Shown here in pieces: positions 41,337-50,571 of a DNA stretch of 64,000 nt. A model generated the notes under the pieces. The model searched no databases, was not told the origin of the DNA, and saw only the letters and a program-made list of their open reading frames with translations. The stretch lies in assembly GCA_051859245.1 (NCBI GenBank), contig JBHYGA010000001.1, positions 896,001 through 960,000 on the forward strand. The letters run 5' to 3'. The position numbers and the translations under genes are program-made. This DNA is from Gemmatimonadaceae bacterium (GTDB lineage: Bacteria > Gemmatimonadota > Gemmatimonadetes > Gemmatimonadales > Gemmatimonadaceae). Every line of letters begins with the position of its first letter. The first letter of the stretch is position 1.

Positions 41337-41954
41337 ATGAACACTCCCCGTGTGATTCTTGCGTCCCAGTCCCCGCGACGTCGCGAGTTGCTCTCGCTGA
41401 TCGGCATTGAGCACACCGTCGAGCCGGCGGACATTGACGAAACGCCGTTCGAACGTGAGCTCGCCACCGTGCACAGCGAGCGGCTCGCGCGCGGCAAGGC
41501 GGCGCTTGTATCAGCGCGCAATCCCGGCGCGCTCGTGATCGGTGCGGACACCGTGGTCGTGGTCAACAACACCATCCTCGGTAAGCCGGGCGACGACAAC
41601 GATGCGCGTGATATGCTGCGCCGGCTCTCGGGGCGAACGCACACCGTGTACTCGGCCGTGGCCATCGCACGTGACGGCATGGTGGATTCGGAAATCGAGG
41701 GCGTGTCGGTCACCTTTCGCGATCTGTCTCCGGCGGTCATTGACGCCTACGTGGCCACTGGTGAGCCCGCCGACAAAGCCGGTGCCTACGGCATCCAGGG
41801 TTTTGGCAGCACGTTGGTCGATCGTATTGAAGGCGACTTCTTCGCCGTGATGGGGCTGCCGTTGCGTCGGCTGGTGGCGCTCTGTGAACGGGGCGGATTC
41901 ACCTATCGCTTCGGTCCGCTCCAGTACGCCGCACCTCCGGCAACACGGTTTTAG
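41337..41954 (+). CDS. maf: Maf nucleotide pyrophosphatase
   Basis: LASQSPRR, IGADT, DKAGAYGIQG and VMGLP. Confidence 0.95.
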   Translation: MNTPRVILASQSPRRRELLSLIGIEHTVEPADIDETPFERELATVHSERLARGKAALVSARNPGALVIGADTVVVVNNTILGKPGDDNDARDMLRRLSGRTHTVYSAVAIARDGMVDSEIEGVSVTFRDLSPAVIDAYVATGEPADKAGAYGIQGFGSTLVDRIEGDFFAVMGLPLRRLVALCERGGFTYRFGPLQYAAPPATRF

Positions 41955-42075
41955 CGCGCATCGCACCGCGCGTTCGGGGTTCGCCACCTCGGGACGCGCG
42001 CTGTTGCTCTGAGAGGCAGGTAACGGCTTTGTTGCGGGGCTCGTTCGAAACGCTGCGCAACAGCAGATTCCGGAC

Positions 42076-43407
42076 ATGCGAATCTTACTTATCGCGGCCG
42101 TCACACTAAGCCTGTGGACGCCCGTCGTCGTTGACACCTCGCTGCACGCGCAGCCCCCGCTCGTCTTTGTGCACGGCAACGGCGATCACGCCGGCCTGTG
42201 GGACACCACCATCTGGCGATTTGAATCCAACGGCTATCGCGCGGATCGTCTTTACGCGGTGGACCTGCCGCACCCACTGGGCGCCGCGCGGTTCAACTTG
42301 CCGGAACGCAATCGCTCAACGCCGGAGGAGCAGACCGCCGCGCTCGCCTCGTTTGTCACACGGGTGATGTTGCAAACAGGTGAGCCGAAGGTCGTGCTGG
42401 TGGGCAGTTCGCGCGGCGGCATGACCATTCGCAACTATCTGCGCTTTGGTGGCGGGGCCGCACATGTGTCGCACGCCATCCTCAGCGGCGCGCCCAACCA
42501 CGGCGTGTTCGCGCTGCCGAATCTGCAGCCAGAAAGTGAGTTCAACGGCGCGGGTCCGTATTTGCGCGCGCTGAATGACAGCAGCGAGGTCGTTGACGGT
42601 GTTCGCTTTCTCACGATCCGTTCCGACAACAACGATAAGTTTGCGCAAGCGGACGGCGCCGCGTTGGGTATGGCCGGTGTTGCGACCAACGTCGACGCGC
42701 GCGGTCCCGCACTGCGCGGTGCGACCGATGTGGTCCTGAACGGCGCGGATCATCGCGAGGTCGCGTTCTCTGATCGTGCGTTTGCCGCCATGTATGAGTT
42801 TCTCACGGGCAACGCGCCCCAAACGACCACCATATCCGCAGACAGTGTTGCGGTGCTGGGTGGTCTGATCAGTGGAACCGACAACGGCGGCCCAACGAAC
42901 ACGCCACTCGCTGGGGCCACGGTGCAGGTGTTCGCCGTTGACGCGGCGTCAGGCGCACGTATTGGCGATGCCTTGCACACGGAGACGACCAACTTCTCCG
43001 GTCGCTGGGGACCGTTCCGCGCGAACCCCTCGCAGTTCCATGAGTTTGTGCTCACTCCTTCGGACAGCAGCACATTGTATCACGTGTTTCGTTCGCCCAT
43101 TGCGCGCAGCAGTCGATACATCAACTTCCGCATTCCATCGGCACCCGCGCCACGTGGCGACAGCATGCAGGTCTCACTAGTTCGACCGCGCGGGTATCTG
43201 GGCGCGGGACGCGACACGGTGCTCATCAATGGCGCGCCGGCACGCGGCATTCCACCCGGTGTCGCGACCGTGGATCGTGTGGGCGCGTGGTGGTCGGCGA
43301 GCACACCGCAGTCGATCACCTTTCGTTTCAACGGCGAAACGATCGTTGTGCAAACTCGGCCCATGCATCCACGACGCGTGATCGTCGCGGAGATCCTGCA
43401 CGACTAG
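42076..43407 (+). CDS. Secreted alpha/beta hydrolase (lipase-like)
   Basis: Signal peptide, FVHGNG, GSSRG nucleophile elbow, PNHG and DHRE. Confidence 0.82.
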   Translation: MRILLIAAVTLSLWTPVVVDTSLHAQPPLVFVHGNGDHAGLWDTTIWRFESNGYRADRLYAVDLPHPLGAARFNLPERNRSTPEEQTAALASFVTRVMLQTGEPKVVLVGSSRGGMTIRNYLRFGGGAAHVSHAILSGAPNHGVFALPNLQPESEFNGAGPYLRALNDSSEVVDGVRFLTIRSDNNDKFAQADGAALGMAGVATNVDARGPALRGATDVVLNGADHREVAFSDRAFAAMYEFLTGNAPQTTTISADSVAVLGGLISGTDNGGPTNTPLAGATVQVFAVDAASGARIGDALHTETTNFSGRWGPFRANPSQFHEFVLTPSDSSTLYHVFRSPIARSSRYINFRIPSAPAPRGDSMQVSLVRPRGYLGAGRDTVLINGAPARGIPPGVATVDRVGAWWSASTPQSITFRFNGETIVVQTRPMHPRRVIVAEILHD

Positions 43408-43443
43408 TCGATCAAACGCGCGAGGTGATGCACCATTCGTGCA

Positions 43444-44583
43444 TCACCCACCCGCGAAACGTTCTGCGATCGCAGCGAGCCGCGGTGCGCGATACAGCGC
43501 GTTCCAGTGTGCGACCTTCGCGAGCACATCGGCCACGGTAATGCGTTCCATACGGTTCTCGCGATACACCATATCAACCGGATAGTCTTCGCCGGGATCG
43601 CCGTACGCGTCGATCAGCAGATCGTGCGCAAAATCGTAGGGGCCCACCCGTTTTGGGTTCGTATAGCCCATGAGCCCGATCACCGGTGTGCGCAGCGCAA
43701 TCGCCAGATGCAGCGGTCCGGTATCCGGCGAGATGGCAAGCGCGGCGCCATCCAGAATCGCTGCCAGCTTGCGCAATCCGCTGCCGAGGGCGGAGTGCGC
43801 GAAGGGCGCGCCGCGCAGGATCTCGGCTTCGGCGTGCCGCTCACGCGGCGAACGACCACCCACGAGCACTGGTTGCATCCCATGCTCCTGATACAACGCG
43901 TGACACACGGCCACCCAACGATCAGGGAACCAGTCTTTGGCCGGCTTGCTCGTGGCGATCACGAGCGGAACAATGGGCCGATCAAACTGCGCGAGAAACT
44001 GCGATTGATGGGCACGCTCTTCGTCGTTCCATGGGCCGAGTCCCCACACCGGCGTGTCGTGTGGAATGCCGAGTGCATCGAGGAACTCGAAGTACTGATC
44101 CTGCACGTGCTGACCAACGTGCGGCGCAATGCGATGCGTGGTGAAGAGCCAGTTCGCGTCACGAGCTCGTGCTTTGTCAAAACCCAGCTTGACCGGCGCC
44201 TGCGTGAAGGCCGTGATCAGTCCGGCCTTGAAGTACACCTGCAGCCCGAGCACCAGGTCAAACGGCTTGGCCGCGAGCGCGCGTCGCACATCGGCGAACG
44301 CGCGCCAGCCACGCGCGCGATCAAAAATTACTATCTCATCTACGTGCGGATGACCGCGCACCAGTGTCGCCGGGCCCGGCTGTAGCACCCAGGTGACATG
44401 TGCACGTGGATACTGTGCCTTGATCGCATTCAAGACGGGCATCACATGCACCGCGTCGCCAACGGCACTCATCATCACGATGCAAATGCGATCAAAGCGC
44501 ACGGTGCGCGGCAGCGGCGGCGTTGTTGGTACCGGTGTCCGCGCCGTGCGAGACAATTCGATTGTGCGCGCGGACTCCGTCAC
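43444..44583 (-). CDS. Glycosyltransferase family 9 (LPS heptosyltransferase-like)
   Basis: SAVGDAVH, KDW and DTGPLHLA. GTG start overlaps the upstream kinase stop. Confidence 0.9.
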   Translation of the reverse strand: MTESARTIELSRTARTPVPTTPPLPRTVRFDRICIVMMSAVGDAVHVMPVLNAIKAQYPRAHVTWVLQPGPATLVRGHPHVDEIVIFDRARGWRAFADVRRALAAKPFDLVLGLQVYFKAGLITAFTQAPVKLGFDKARARDANWLFTTHRIAPHVGQHVQDQYFEFLDALGIPHDTPVWGLGPWNDEERAHQSQFLAQFDRPIVPLVIATSKPAKDWFPDRWVAVCHALYQEHGMQPVLVGGRSPRERHAEAEILRGAPFAHSALGSGLRKLAAILDGAALAISPDTGPLHLAIALRTPVIGLMGYTNPKRVGPYDFAHDLLIDAYGDPGEDYPVDMVYRENRMERITVADVLAKVAHWNALYRAPRLAAIAERFAGG

Positions 44584-45395
44584 GCCGCCGCCTGTAGCGA
44601 GGCGTGCACCAAGTTGGCGAGCCATTGTTCGTCCAGTGGCAGCTCGTGCCGTACGTGCCACTTGCGAATTGATCGCAGCAGTCGACGCATGTTGAGCGCC
44701 ATCACGCCTTCACGCGGCATCTCGCGAAAGCTGACCACATCTGCGTCGAGTACCATGGCGTTCACGTCGCCATGTTGCGTGCGCACCAGCAGAATATTCT
44801 TCACATTCAGATCAGCATGCACCGCGCCAACGTTGGCCAGCTGACGCAGCAACCGCAGCACCGCAGGCGTTGCATCACGAGCGTTCATTCGCGGAGCGGT
44901 TCCCGCGAGTACTGCGCCAAAATCCCATGCATCGGGCACATAGCGCGAGATCACGTCCACACGTCGCATGCCTGGACCGGCAGGGTACAGTGCGTAGCCC
45001 AGCATCTCCGGTGTCGGCACGCCACGCGCGCGCAACAGCACGTTCACCGCGGCCTCGCGCGGCGCACGTGTGGGCATGAGATAGCGATCACCCGTGAGCG
45101 GCGCGAGCATGCCGCCGTGCCACGCGTGGCGCACCACCACCGTGGCGGCACACTCTTCGAGCTCGGCGACATACACCACACCACGGCCTTGCAACGCACG
45201 CGCCTGCGGCGACTCCGCGGCCCAGTCGTACAGCGTCGTAAACTCGCGAAGACGCGCCGAGAGGGCGTCGAATACGGTCGGTGCAGCAACCAGTGTGGCA
45301 TTGCCCACGCGCTCCGACCGAAACGGCGAAACGAGCGGCTCCGTGCGCGACTCGGCGGGCGCCCGACCAGTGTCGGAGGGACCCGCCACCGTCAC
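44580..45395 (-). CDS. LPS/Kdo kinase (KdkA/InaA family)
   Basis: VVRHAWHGG, HADLNVKNILL, VLD and NMRRLLRSIRK. Confidence 0.8.
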   Translation of the reverse strand: MTVAGPSDTGRAPAESRTEPLVSPFRSERVGNATLVAAPTVFDALSARLREFTTLYDWAAESPQARALQGRGVVYVAELEECAATVVVRHAWHGGMLAPLTGDRYLMPTRAPREAAVNVLLRARGVPTPEMLGYALYPAGPGMRRVDVISRYVPDAWDFGAVLAGTAPRMNARDATPAVLRLLRQLANVGAVHADLNVKNILLVRTQHGDVNAMVLDADVVSFREMPREGVMALNMRRLLRSIRKWHVRHELPLDEQWLANLVHASLQAAA

Positions 45396-47053
45396 GAATC
45401 GCTCACCGGTCGCTTGATGGCCGGACGAATCGTGGTGCCTTGTCCTGAGCCTGGCGGTGCCATGTGCGGCGTGCCGTACATACCGGTGGCTGCGAGTTGA
45501 TGCGACAGCTCACGCTCGGCGCTGAACACCTGCACGGGCGGCCCCTGATGTCGCGTGGGCACAAGCTCCGGACGCGCGCGAAGCGGAATCGGATCGGTCA
45601 TCATGAGCCGCACCGCGTCGCTGATCAGCACATCACCGCCGCGAGCCAGGCTACACAAACGGTTGGCCAGGTTCACATTATCGCCAATGAGTGTGTACTC
45701 AAGTCGACGCGGCGAACCGATGTTACCGACAAACGCGTCGCCCGCGTTGATGCCGATGCCCGCGTGCAGCGCTGATCGACCCTGCGCCGTCCAGCGTGCA
45801 TTCAGTTTGGCGAGTTCACTCTGCATATCAAGCGCGGCGCGAATCGCGCGATCCGCGTCGTCGCCCGACGACACCGGCGCACCCCAGTACGCCATCAGCG
45901 CATCGCCAATGAACTTGTCGAGCGCGCCGTTGTGGCGGAATACGCACTCCACCATGGCCGCAAAATATTCATTGAGTTGCGCGGCCATCTGATCAGGCGG
46001 CAGCGATTCGGCAACTTCGGTGAAGCCACGAATATCGCTGAACAAGACCACCACACGTCGACGGTCACCGCCGAGCACCACATTGCCTTGCTGACTGGCA
46101 ATGCGGTCGGCTAACTGCGGTGTGAAATAACGTTCGAAGTTTTCCCGCACGCGCGTTGCTTCGCGCAGTCGTTCCACCGACTGTTCGCGTTCCATGGCAG
46201 CGGCGGCGATTCCGGCGTACGCCACCAGGAAGTCGAGATCGCTCTCTGTAAACGCGTTCACATCGCGCAGGTTGTCCACGTACAACACACCGAGCGTACG
46301 TCGTCCTTCCCCAATCAGTGGCGCGGCAAGTGCAGAGCGAACTGCCTGCGCCACAATCGATTCGCCGGCGACGCGCGAGTCACGCGTGGCATCATGAAAC
46401 AGCCACGACACCTGACGTTCTGCTACGCTGTTGGCAATGGTGCGGGGGATCGACTGCGACAATCGGCCGCCGCTGCGATCACGCGCCACGCGCATTTCAA
46501 GTTCCGCACCGCGGGCACCGCCTTCGGGCACCAGCAGAATAGCCACGCGGTCCGCGTCAAACGCTTCGAATGCGTCGTCGACAATTCGTGAGAGCAGCAC
46601 TTCAAGACGTGCCAACCCACCAAGTCGCTGCGCCACCGACACGAGCTGCGCGAGTCGCTTGCCGGCCACCGCCTCAACGGCTTCGGCCTGCGACCGCATC
46701 GCGCGTTCGCGTACCATTGTGGCGGCACCGTCCAGTGCAAACGGTGCGGTAATCGGGGCGCGCGGGGCGGCTTCTTCCACCACCGCGAGCTCAACCGGTC
46801 CAAACGAAATCAGATCGCCAACGCGAGCCTGCGCACGACCAATGCGCTGGCCATTGAGCCACGTGCCATTGCGCGACGACATATCCTGCAGCGCGATCAC
46901 GGGCCCGTCGGCGCGCAACTCGGCGTGCCGACGCGACACACCGGGATCCAGTATCGGCAGGTCGCTAGTGGTATCGCGACCAAGTACCAGCGTGGCGCCC
47001 TCGGGAAGCACAAAGCGGCGATCGCCAGATGGCGAGACAAGTGCGAGTGCCAT
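45392..47053 (-). CDS. FHA-GAF-class III adenylate cyclase
   Basis: FHA (LGR, SRRHA, SRNGT), GAF (GVLYVDN) and cyclase (FSDIRGFT, DKFIGDA, YTLIGDNVNLANRL). Confidence 0.92.
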   Translation of the reverse strand: MALALVSPSGDRRFVLPEGATLVLGRDTTSDLPILDPGVSRRHAELRADGPVIALQDMSSRNGTWLNGQRIGRAQARVGDLISFGPVELAVVEEAAPRAPITAPFALDGAATMVRERAMRSQAEAVEAVAGKRLAQLVSVAQRLGGLARLEVLLSRIVDDAFEAFDADRVAILLVPEGGARGAELEMRVARDRSGGRLSQSIPRTIANSVAERQVSWLFHDATRDSRVAGESIVAQAVRSALAAPLIGEGRRTLGVLYVDNLRDVNAFTESDLDFLVAYAGIAAAAMEREQSVERLREATRVRENFERYFTPQLADRIASQQGNVVLGGDRRRVVVLFSDIRGFTEVAESLPPDQMAAQLNEYFAAMVECVFRHNGALDKFIGDALMAYWGAPVSSGDDADRAIRAALDMQSELAKLNARWTAQGRSALHAGIGINAGDAFVGNIGSPRRLEYTLIGDNVNLANRLCSLARGGDVLISDAVRLMMTDPIPLRARPELVPTRHQGPPVQVFSAERELSHQLAATGMYGTPHMAPPGSGQGTTIRPAIKRPVSDS

Positions 47054-47059
47054 GCGCGT

Positions 47060-48613
47060 TCAGTGAGTCGCCGTGGTGGACACGGCGGCACGCGCACGAC
47101 CAATCGCCGTGAGCAGTGCACGGGCTTTGGTTTCCGTCTCCTCCCACTCACGTTCGGGCACCGAGTCATGCACGATACCCGCGCCTGCCTGCACTGATGC
47201 CACGCCGTCCGCAATCACGCAGGTACGAATCGTGATCGCGAGATCCATGCGCTGATCACCGGCGGCAATAAATCCAAGCGCGCCCGCATAGGGGCCACGA
47301 CGCTCCGGTTCCAGTTCATCAATGATTTGCATGGCGCGCACCTTTGGCGCACCGGTCATGGTGCCGGCCGGGAACGTGGCGCGGAACGCATCAAGCGCGC
47401 TGTACTCTGGCAGCAAATCTCCCTCCACCTGACTCACCATGTGCAACACGTGCGAATAGCGCTCCACCTTCATGAGGTCGGTGACGCGCACGGATCCATA
47501 CTTGGCAATGCGGCCCACATCATTGCGACCGAGATCCACGAGCATCACGTGTTCCGCGCGTTCCTTTTCATCTGCGAGCAGGTCAGCCGCGAGTTCTGCA
47601 TCGGCTTCGGGAGTCGCGCCACGTTTGCGCGTGCCGGCAATCGGTCGCACCGTCACGCGCCCGTCAGCCACGCGCAGCAACAGCTCCGGCGACGAGCCCA
47701 CAATCTCCACACCATCGAGCACCAGGTGATACATGTACGGCGACGGATTCAGCGCGCGCAAGCAGCGATATAACGTGCTGCCTTCAAAGTCATGCGGTGT
47801 GCTGATACGGCGGGCCAGCAGCGCCTGAAACACATCTCCGGCGAGAATGTATTCCTTGATGCGGGCCACGTCGCGCTCAAAATCTTCTCGTGCGTACGAC
47901 GATTCACCTTGCGCCGGTTCGGCGTGGTGCGCGAGTGTGATCGGCTCCAATTCATCGGGGCCGTGCAGTCGCGCAATCGTTTCGTCGAGGGTGTCCTGCG
48001 CGTCGTCATACAACGCGGCGAGAGTCGCTTCGTTCGCGCATGGCGGCACGTGAACCGAAACAATCACGCGCGCCTGTCCGCGCCAGTTGTCGATCATGAC
48101 AATCGCGCGCGGAAAAATGAAACACGCATCGGGCGCGGCCACACCACGCGGCGGTGCATCGGGCAAGCGCTCAATGTGCCGCACCACGTCGTAGGTGAAG
48201 TAGCCAACGGCGCCACTCCAGAACGGGCCGAGTTCCGGCATGTCGACCGGGCGCATGCTTTGCACAATCTGCTGCAGGTCCGTGATCGGGTCCGCAGGCG
48301 TGCGCGCTCCGTGCCATCCACGTTCCGCCGTCCAGTCCTCCACCACGCCATCGGTGAGCCGCCACGCACCGCTCGGCGAGCTGCCCATGTACGTATAGCG
48401 GGCCCAGGTCTCGCCGCCCGCAGGCGCGGACTCCAACAGAAACGCAAACGGCCCCTGACGCAGCTTGGCGTAGGCGGCAACGGGCGTGGCGAGGTCGAGC
48501 AGACAATCGCGCCAGACTGGTACGAGACCACCGAGCGACTGGCACTGGGCGGCGCGAGCGAAAAAAGCATCACGAGTGGGCACGTGGAATACTCGCCGCC
48601 GCGCTCCCGTCAT
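47060..48613 (-). CDS. trpE: Anthranilate synthase component I
   Basis: LLES, NPSPYM, PIAGT, EHVMLVDLGRND and GAPKVRAM. Start uncertain. Confidence 0.92.
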   Translation of the reverse strand: MTGARRRVFHVPTRDAFFARAAQCQSLGGLVPVWRDCLLDLATPVAAYAKLRQGPFAFLLESAPAGGETWARYTYMGSSPSGAWRLTDGVVEDWTAERGWHGARTPADPITDLQQIVQSMRPVDMPELGPFWSGAVGYFTYDVVRHIERLPDAPPRGVAAPDACFIFPRAIVMIDNWRGQARVIVSVHVPPCANEATLAALYDDAQDTLDETIARLHGPDELEPITLAHHAEPAQGESSYAREDFERDVARIKEYILAGDVFQALLARRISTPHDFEGSTLYRCLRALNPSPYMYHLVLDGVEIVGSSPELLLRVADGRVTVRPIAGTRKRGATPEADAELAADLLADEKERAEHVMLVDLGRNDVGRIAKYGSVRVTDLMKVERYSHVLHMVSQVEGDLLPEYSALDAFRATFPAGTMTGAPKVRAMQIIDELEPERRGPYAGALGFIAAGDQRMDLAITIRTCVIADGVASVQAGAGIVHDSVPEREWEETETKARALLTAIGRARAAVSTTATH

Positions 48614-48641
48614 GGCAAGCGGTACGGCTAGGTTATGGGGC

Positions 48642-49190
48642 ATGAGCATGCCTCAGCTATCCGAACTCGGCGCGAATGGGCGCGTCGCGATTACGCCTGG
48701 TGTTGTGGACGTCGTGGTACTGCAGCGTGTCCCGGTGCGCGGTCGTGAGCGGGCCAACGCGGGTCAGGGCTTCGCTTGGCGCGTGCTGGTGCTGCAACGC
48801 GGCCCGCAAACGCGCTGCCCGGGCTCATGGGAGGTGGTACACGGCCGCATTGAGCGCGGTGAACGTCCGGAGCACGCGGCGCGTCGCGAGGTCAGCGAAG
48901 AAACCGCACTCTCCACGGAGCGCCTGTACAGCATCACCGTGAACGCGTTCTATCTTGCCGGCCGCGATATCCAGGCGGCCCTCGTGTTTGCGGCTGTGGT
49001 GGCCGAAGGGGCTGAGGCGCCTCAGGTGACGCTGAGCAGTGAACACGTGGCGTATCGCTGGCTGTCGATAACGGCGGCCAAGCGCGCGCTCACGTGGCCG
49101 CGTGAAATCGAAGCGCTCACGCACATCGCACATTTGCTTCGATCAGGAGACGCCGGCGTTGCCGAAGACGTGCTGCGCGTGGCTGACTAA
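48642..49190 (+). CDS. NUDIX hydrolase (NudB-like)
   Basis: Nudix box GRIERGERPEHAARREVSEET and LSSEHVAYRW. Confidence 0.85.
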   Translation: MSMPQLSELGANGRVAITPGVVDVVVLQRVPVRGRERANAGQGFAWRVLVLQRGPQTRCPGSWEVVHGRIERGERPEHAARREVSEETALSTERLYSITVNAFYLAGRDIQAALVFAAVVAEGAEAPQVTLSSEHVAYRWLSITAAKRALTWPREIEALTHIAHLLRSGDAGVAEDVLRVAD

Positions 49191-49846
49191 CGCACCGTGT
49201 CGCGTCGGACCTGCGCACTGGCGCGCGAACGCACGAGGGCGCGCTCGCGCTCAACGCGCTGCAGCACGGCCTGCCACCCGCTGCTCTCCGTCGTTTCCAT
49301 GATGATCGACAGCGGCTGATTCTCGTCTACTTCTCCGTCGAATACAAACAGGGCCGACTTGGTGTCACGCTGCCGTAGTCGATATTCGCCAAAGCCTGGA
49401 GAGAGCGCGACAACTTCAAGGGGACGGAAATCGCGGCCCACATTGCGAATCACGATTTCAAGCGGGCTGAACCGAGTTTCGCCCTGCTCCTGCGCAAAAA
49501 AATCGAGCAGCCAGATCGAGTACGACGGCATGCGCACGCGTTGCTTCACCTGATCCAGTTCAACCTGCTTGCTGGCGACCAATTCACCCAACGCGCGATT
49601 GATGTCTGGAGACAACAACCGTGTGAACGATTCGTTCAGCGGGGTGGCGCGCACCTGCAGACCGCCCGGCAATGCCAGACGAATGGCAATGTCATCCTGA
49701 CGTAGCGTGCCGAACCCGGCCGGTACCTGCGTGGCGCTTTGACTCACAATCTGGGGCGAGGCATCGGCTGTACCCGGGGCCGGTACCGACGCGCACCCAC
49801 TCACGAGCATCGCCGCGCCGCATAGCGCCCCACGAACACCGAGCAT
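49187..49846 (-). CDS. Hypothetical lipoprotein
   Basis: Lipobox LVSGC. Follows engB. Confidence 0.7.
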   Translation of the reverse strand: MLGVRGALCGAAMLVSGCASVPAPGTADASPQIVSQSATQVPAGFGTLRQDDIAIRLALPGGLQVRATPLNESFTRLLSPDINRALGELVASKQVELDQVKQRVRMPSYSIWLLDFFAQEQGETRFSPLEIVIRNVGRDFRPLEVVALSPGFGEYRLRQRDTKSALFVFDGEVDENQPLSIIMETTESSGWQAVLQRVERERALVRSRASAQVRRDTVR

Positions 49847-49878
49847 GCGATACCGCGCTCGATCTTCGGCCGCGTATA

Positions 49879-50571
49879 TCACGACGCAGACTCCGGAGCG
49901 TCCTGGGGCAGCAGCGCGTCGTCGTCCTCTTCGGTTTCAACCGGTGCTTCACACAGTGACACCACGGCTCGCGCCAACTCATCACGCCCTTCGCCGGTGC
50001 GCGCGGAGAATGTCAGCAACTGGTCTTCGTCGATCCCGAGCGATGCACAGAGCGCTGGAATGCGCTCGTCACGTTCTTTCGCGCGCAGCTTGTCGATTTT
50101 GGTGAGCACGACAAGTGTTGGCACTTCCACGTCGGCCAGAAAATCGAGCATGTGCCGATCATCGTCTGTGGGATCATGACGCGAATCGAGCAGCAACACC
50201 ACGCCGCGCAACTGTGGGTTGTCCTTGATGAACCCTTCAATCAGCGGACGCCACGCTGCTTTGCGTTCCTTGGAGATGCGCGCGTAGCCGTAACCAGGCA
50301 AGTCAGCGAGGACAAACGCATGGTTCACCTTGAAGAAGTTGATCTCACGCGTACGACCCGGCGTATTGCTGACGCGCGCAAATGCCTTGCGCCGCACCAA
50401 CCGATTCAGCAACGACGACTTGCCCACGTTCGATCGTCCGGCAAAGCCAACTTCAGGCAAGACAGATTCCGGGCGCCATCCACCGGCTTCGGCCATCGGT
50501 CCGATAAACTCGAGCGAGCGGATCACCAGCGGATCGGGATTCGACGCGTTGTGCGCTGCAGGATCAGACAT
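49879..50571 (-). CDS. engB: Ribosome biogenesis GTPase YihA/YsxC
   Basis: GRSNVGKSS, TPGRT, DLPGYG and TKID. Confidence 0.96.
   Translation of the reverse strand: MSDPAAHNASNPDPLVIRSLEFIGPMAEAGGWRPESVLPEVGFAGRSNVGKSSLLNRLVRRKAFARVSNTPGRTREINFFKVNHAFVLADLPGYGYARISKERKAAWRPLIEGFIKDNPQLRGVVLLLDSRHDPTDDDRHMLDFLADVEVPTLVVLTKIDKLRAKERDERIPALCASLGIDEDQLLTFSARTGEGRDELARAVVSLCEAPVETEEDDDALLPQDAPESAS

Noticed and set aside
47060..48613. PabB (folate) rather than TrpE, given the adjacent NudB-like gene and no trpG
   Set aside because: It has PIAGT, not the PabB PIKGT, plus the LLES and NPSPYM Trp-feedback motifs.
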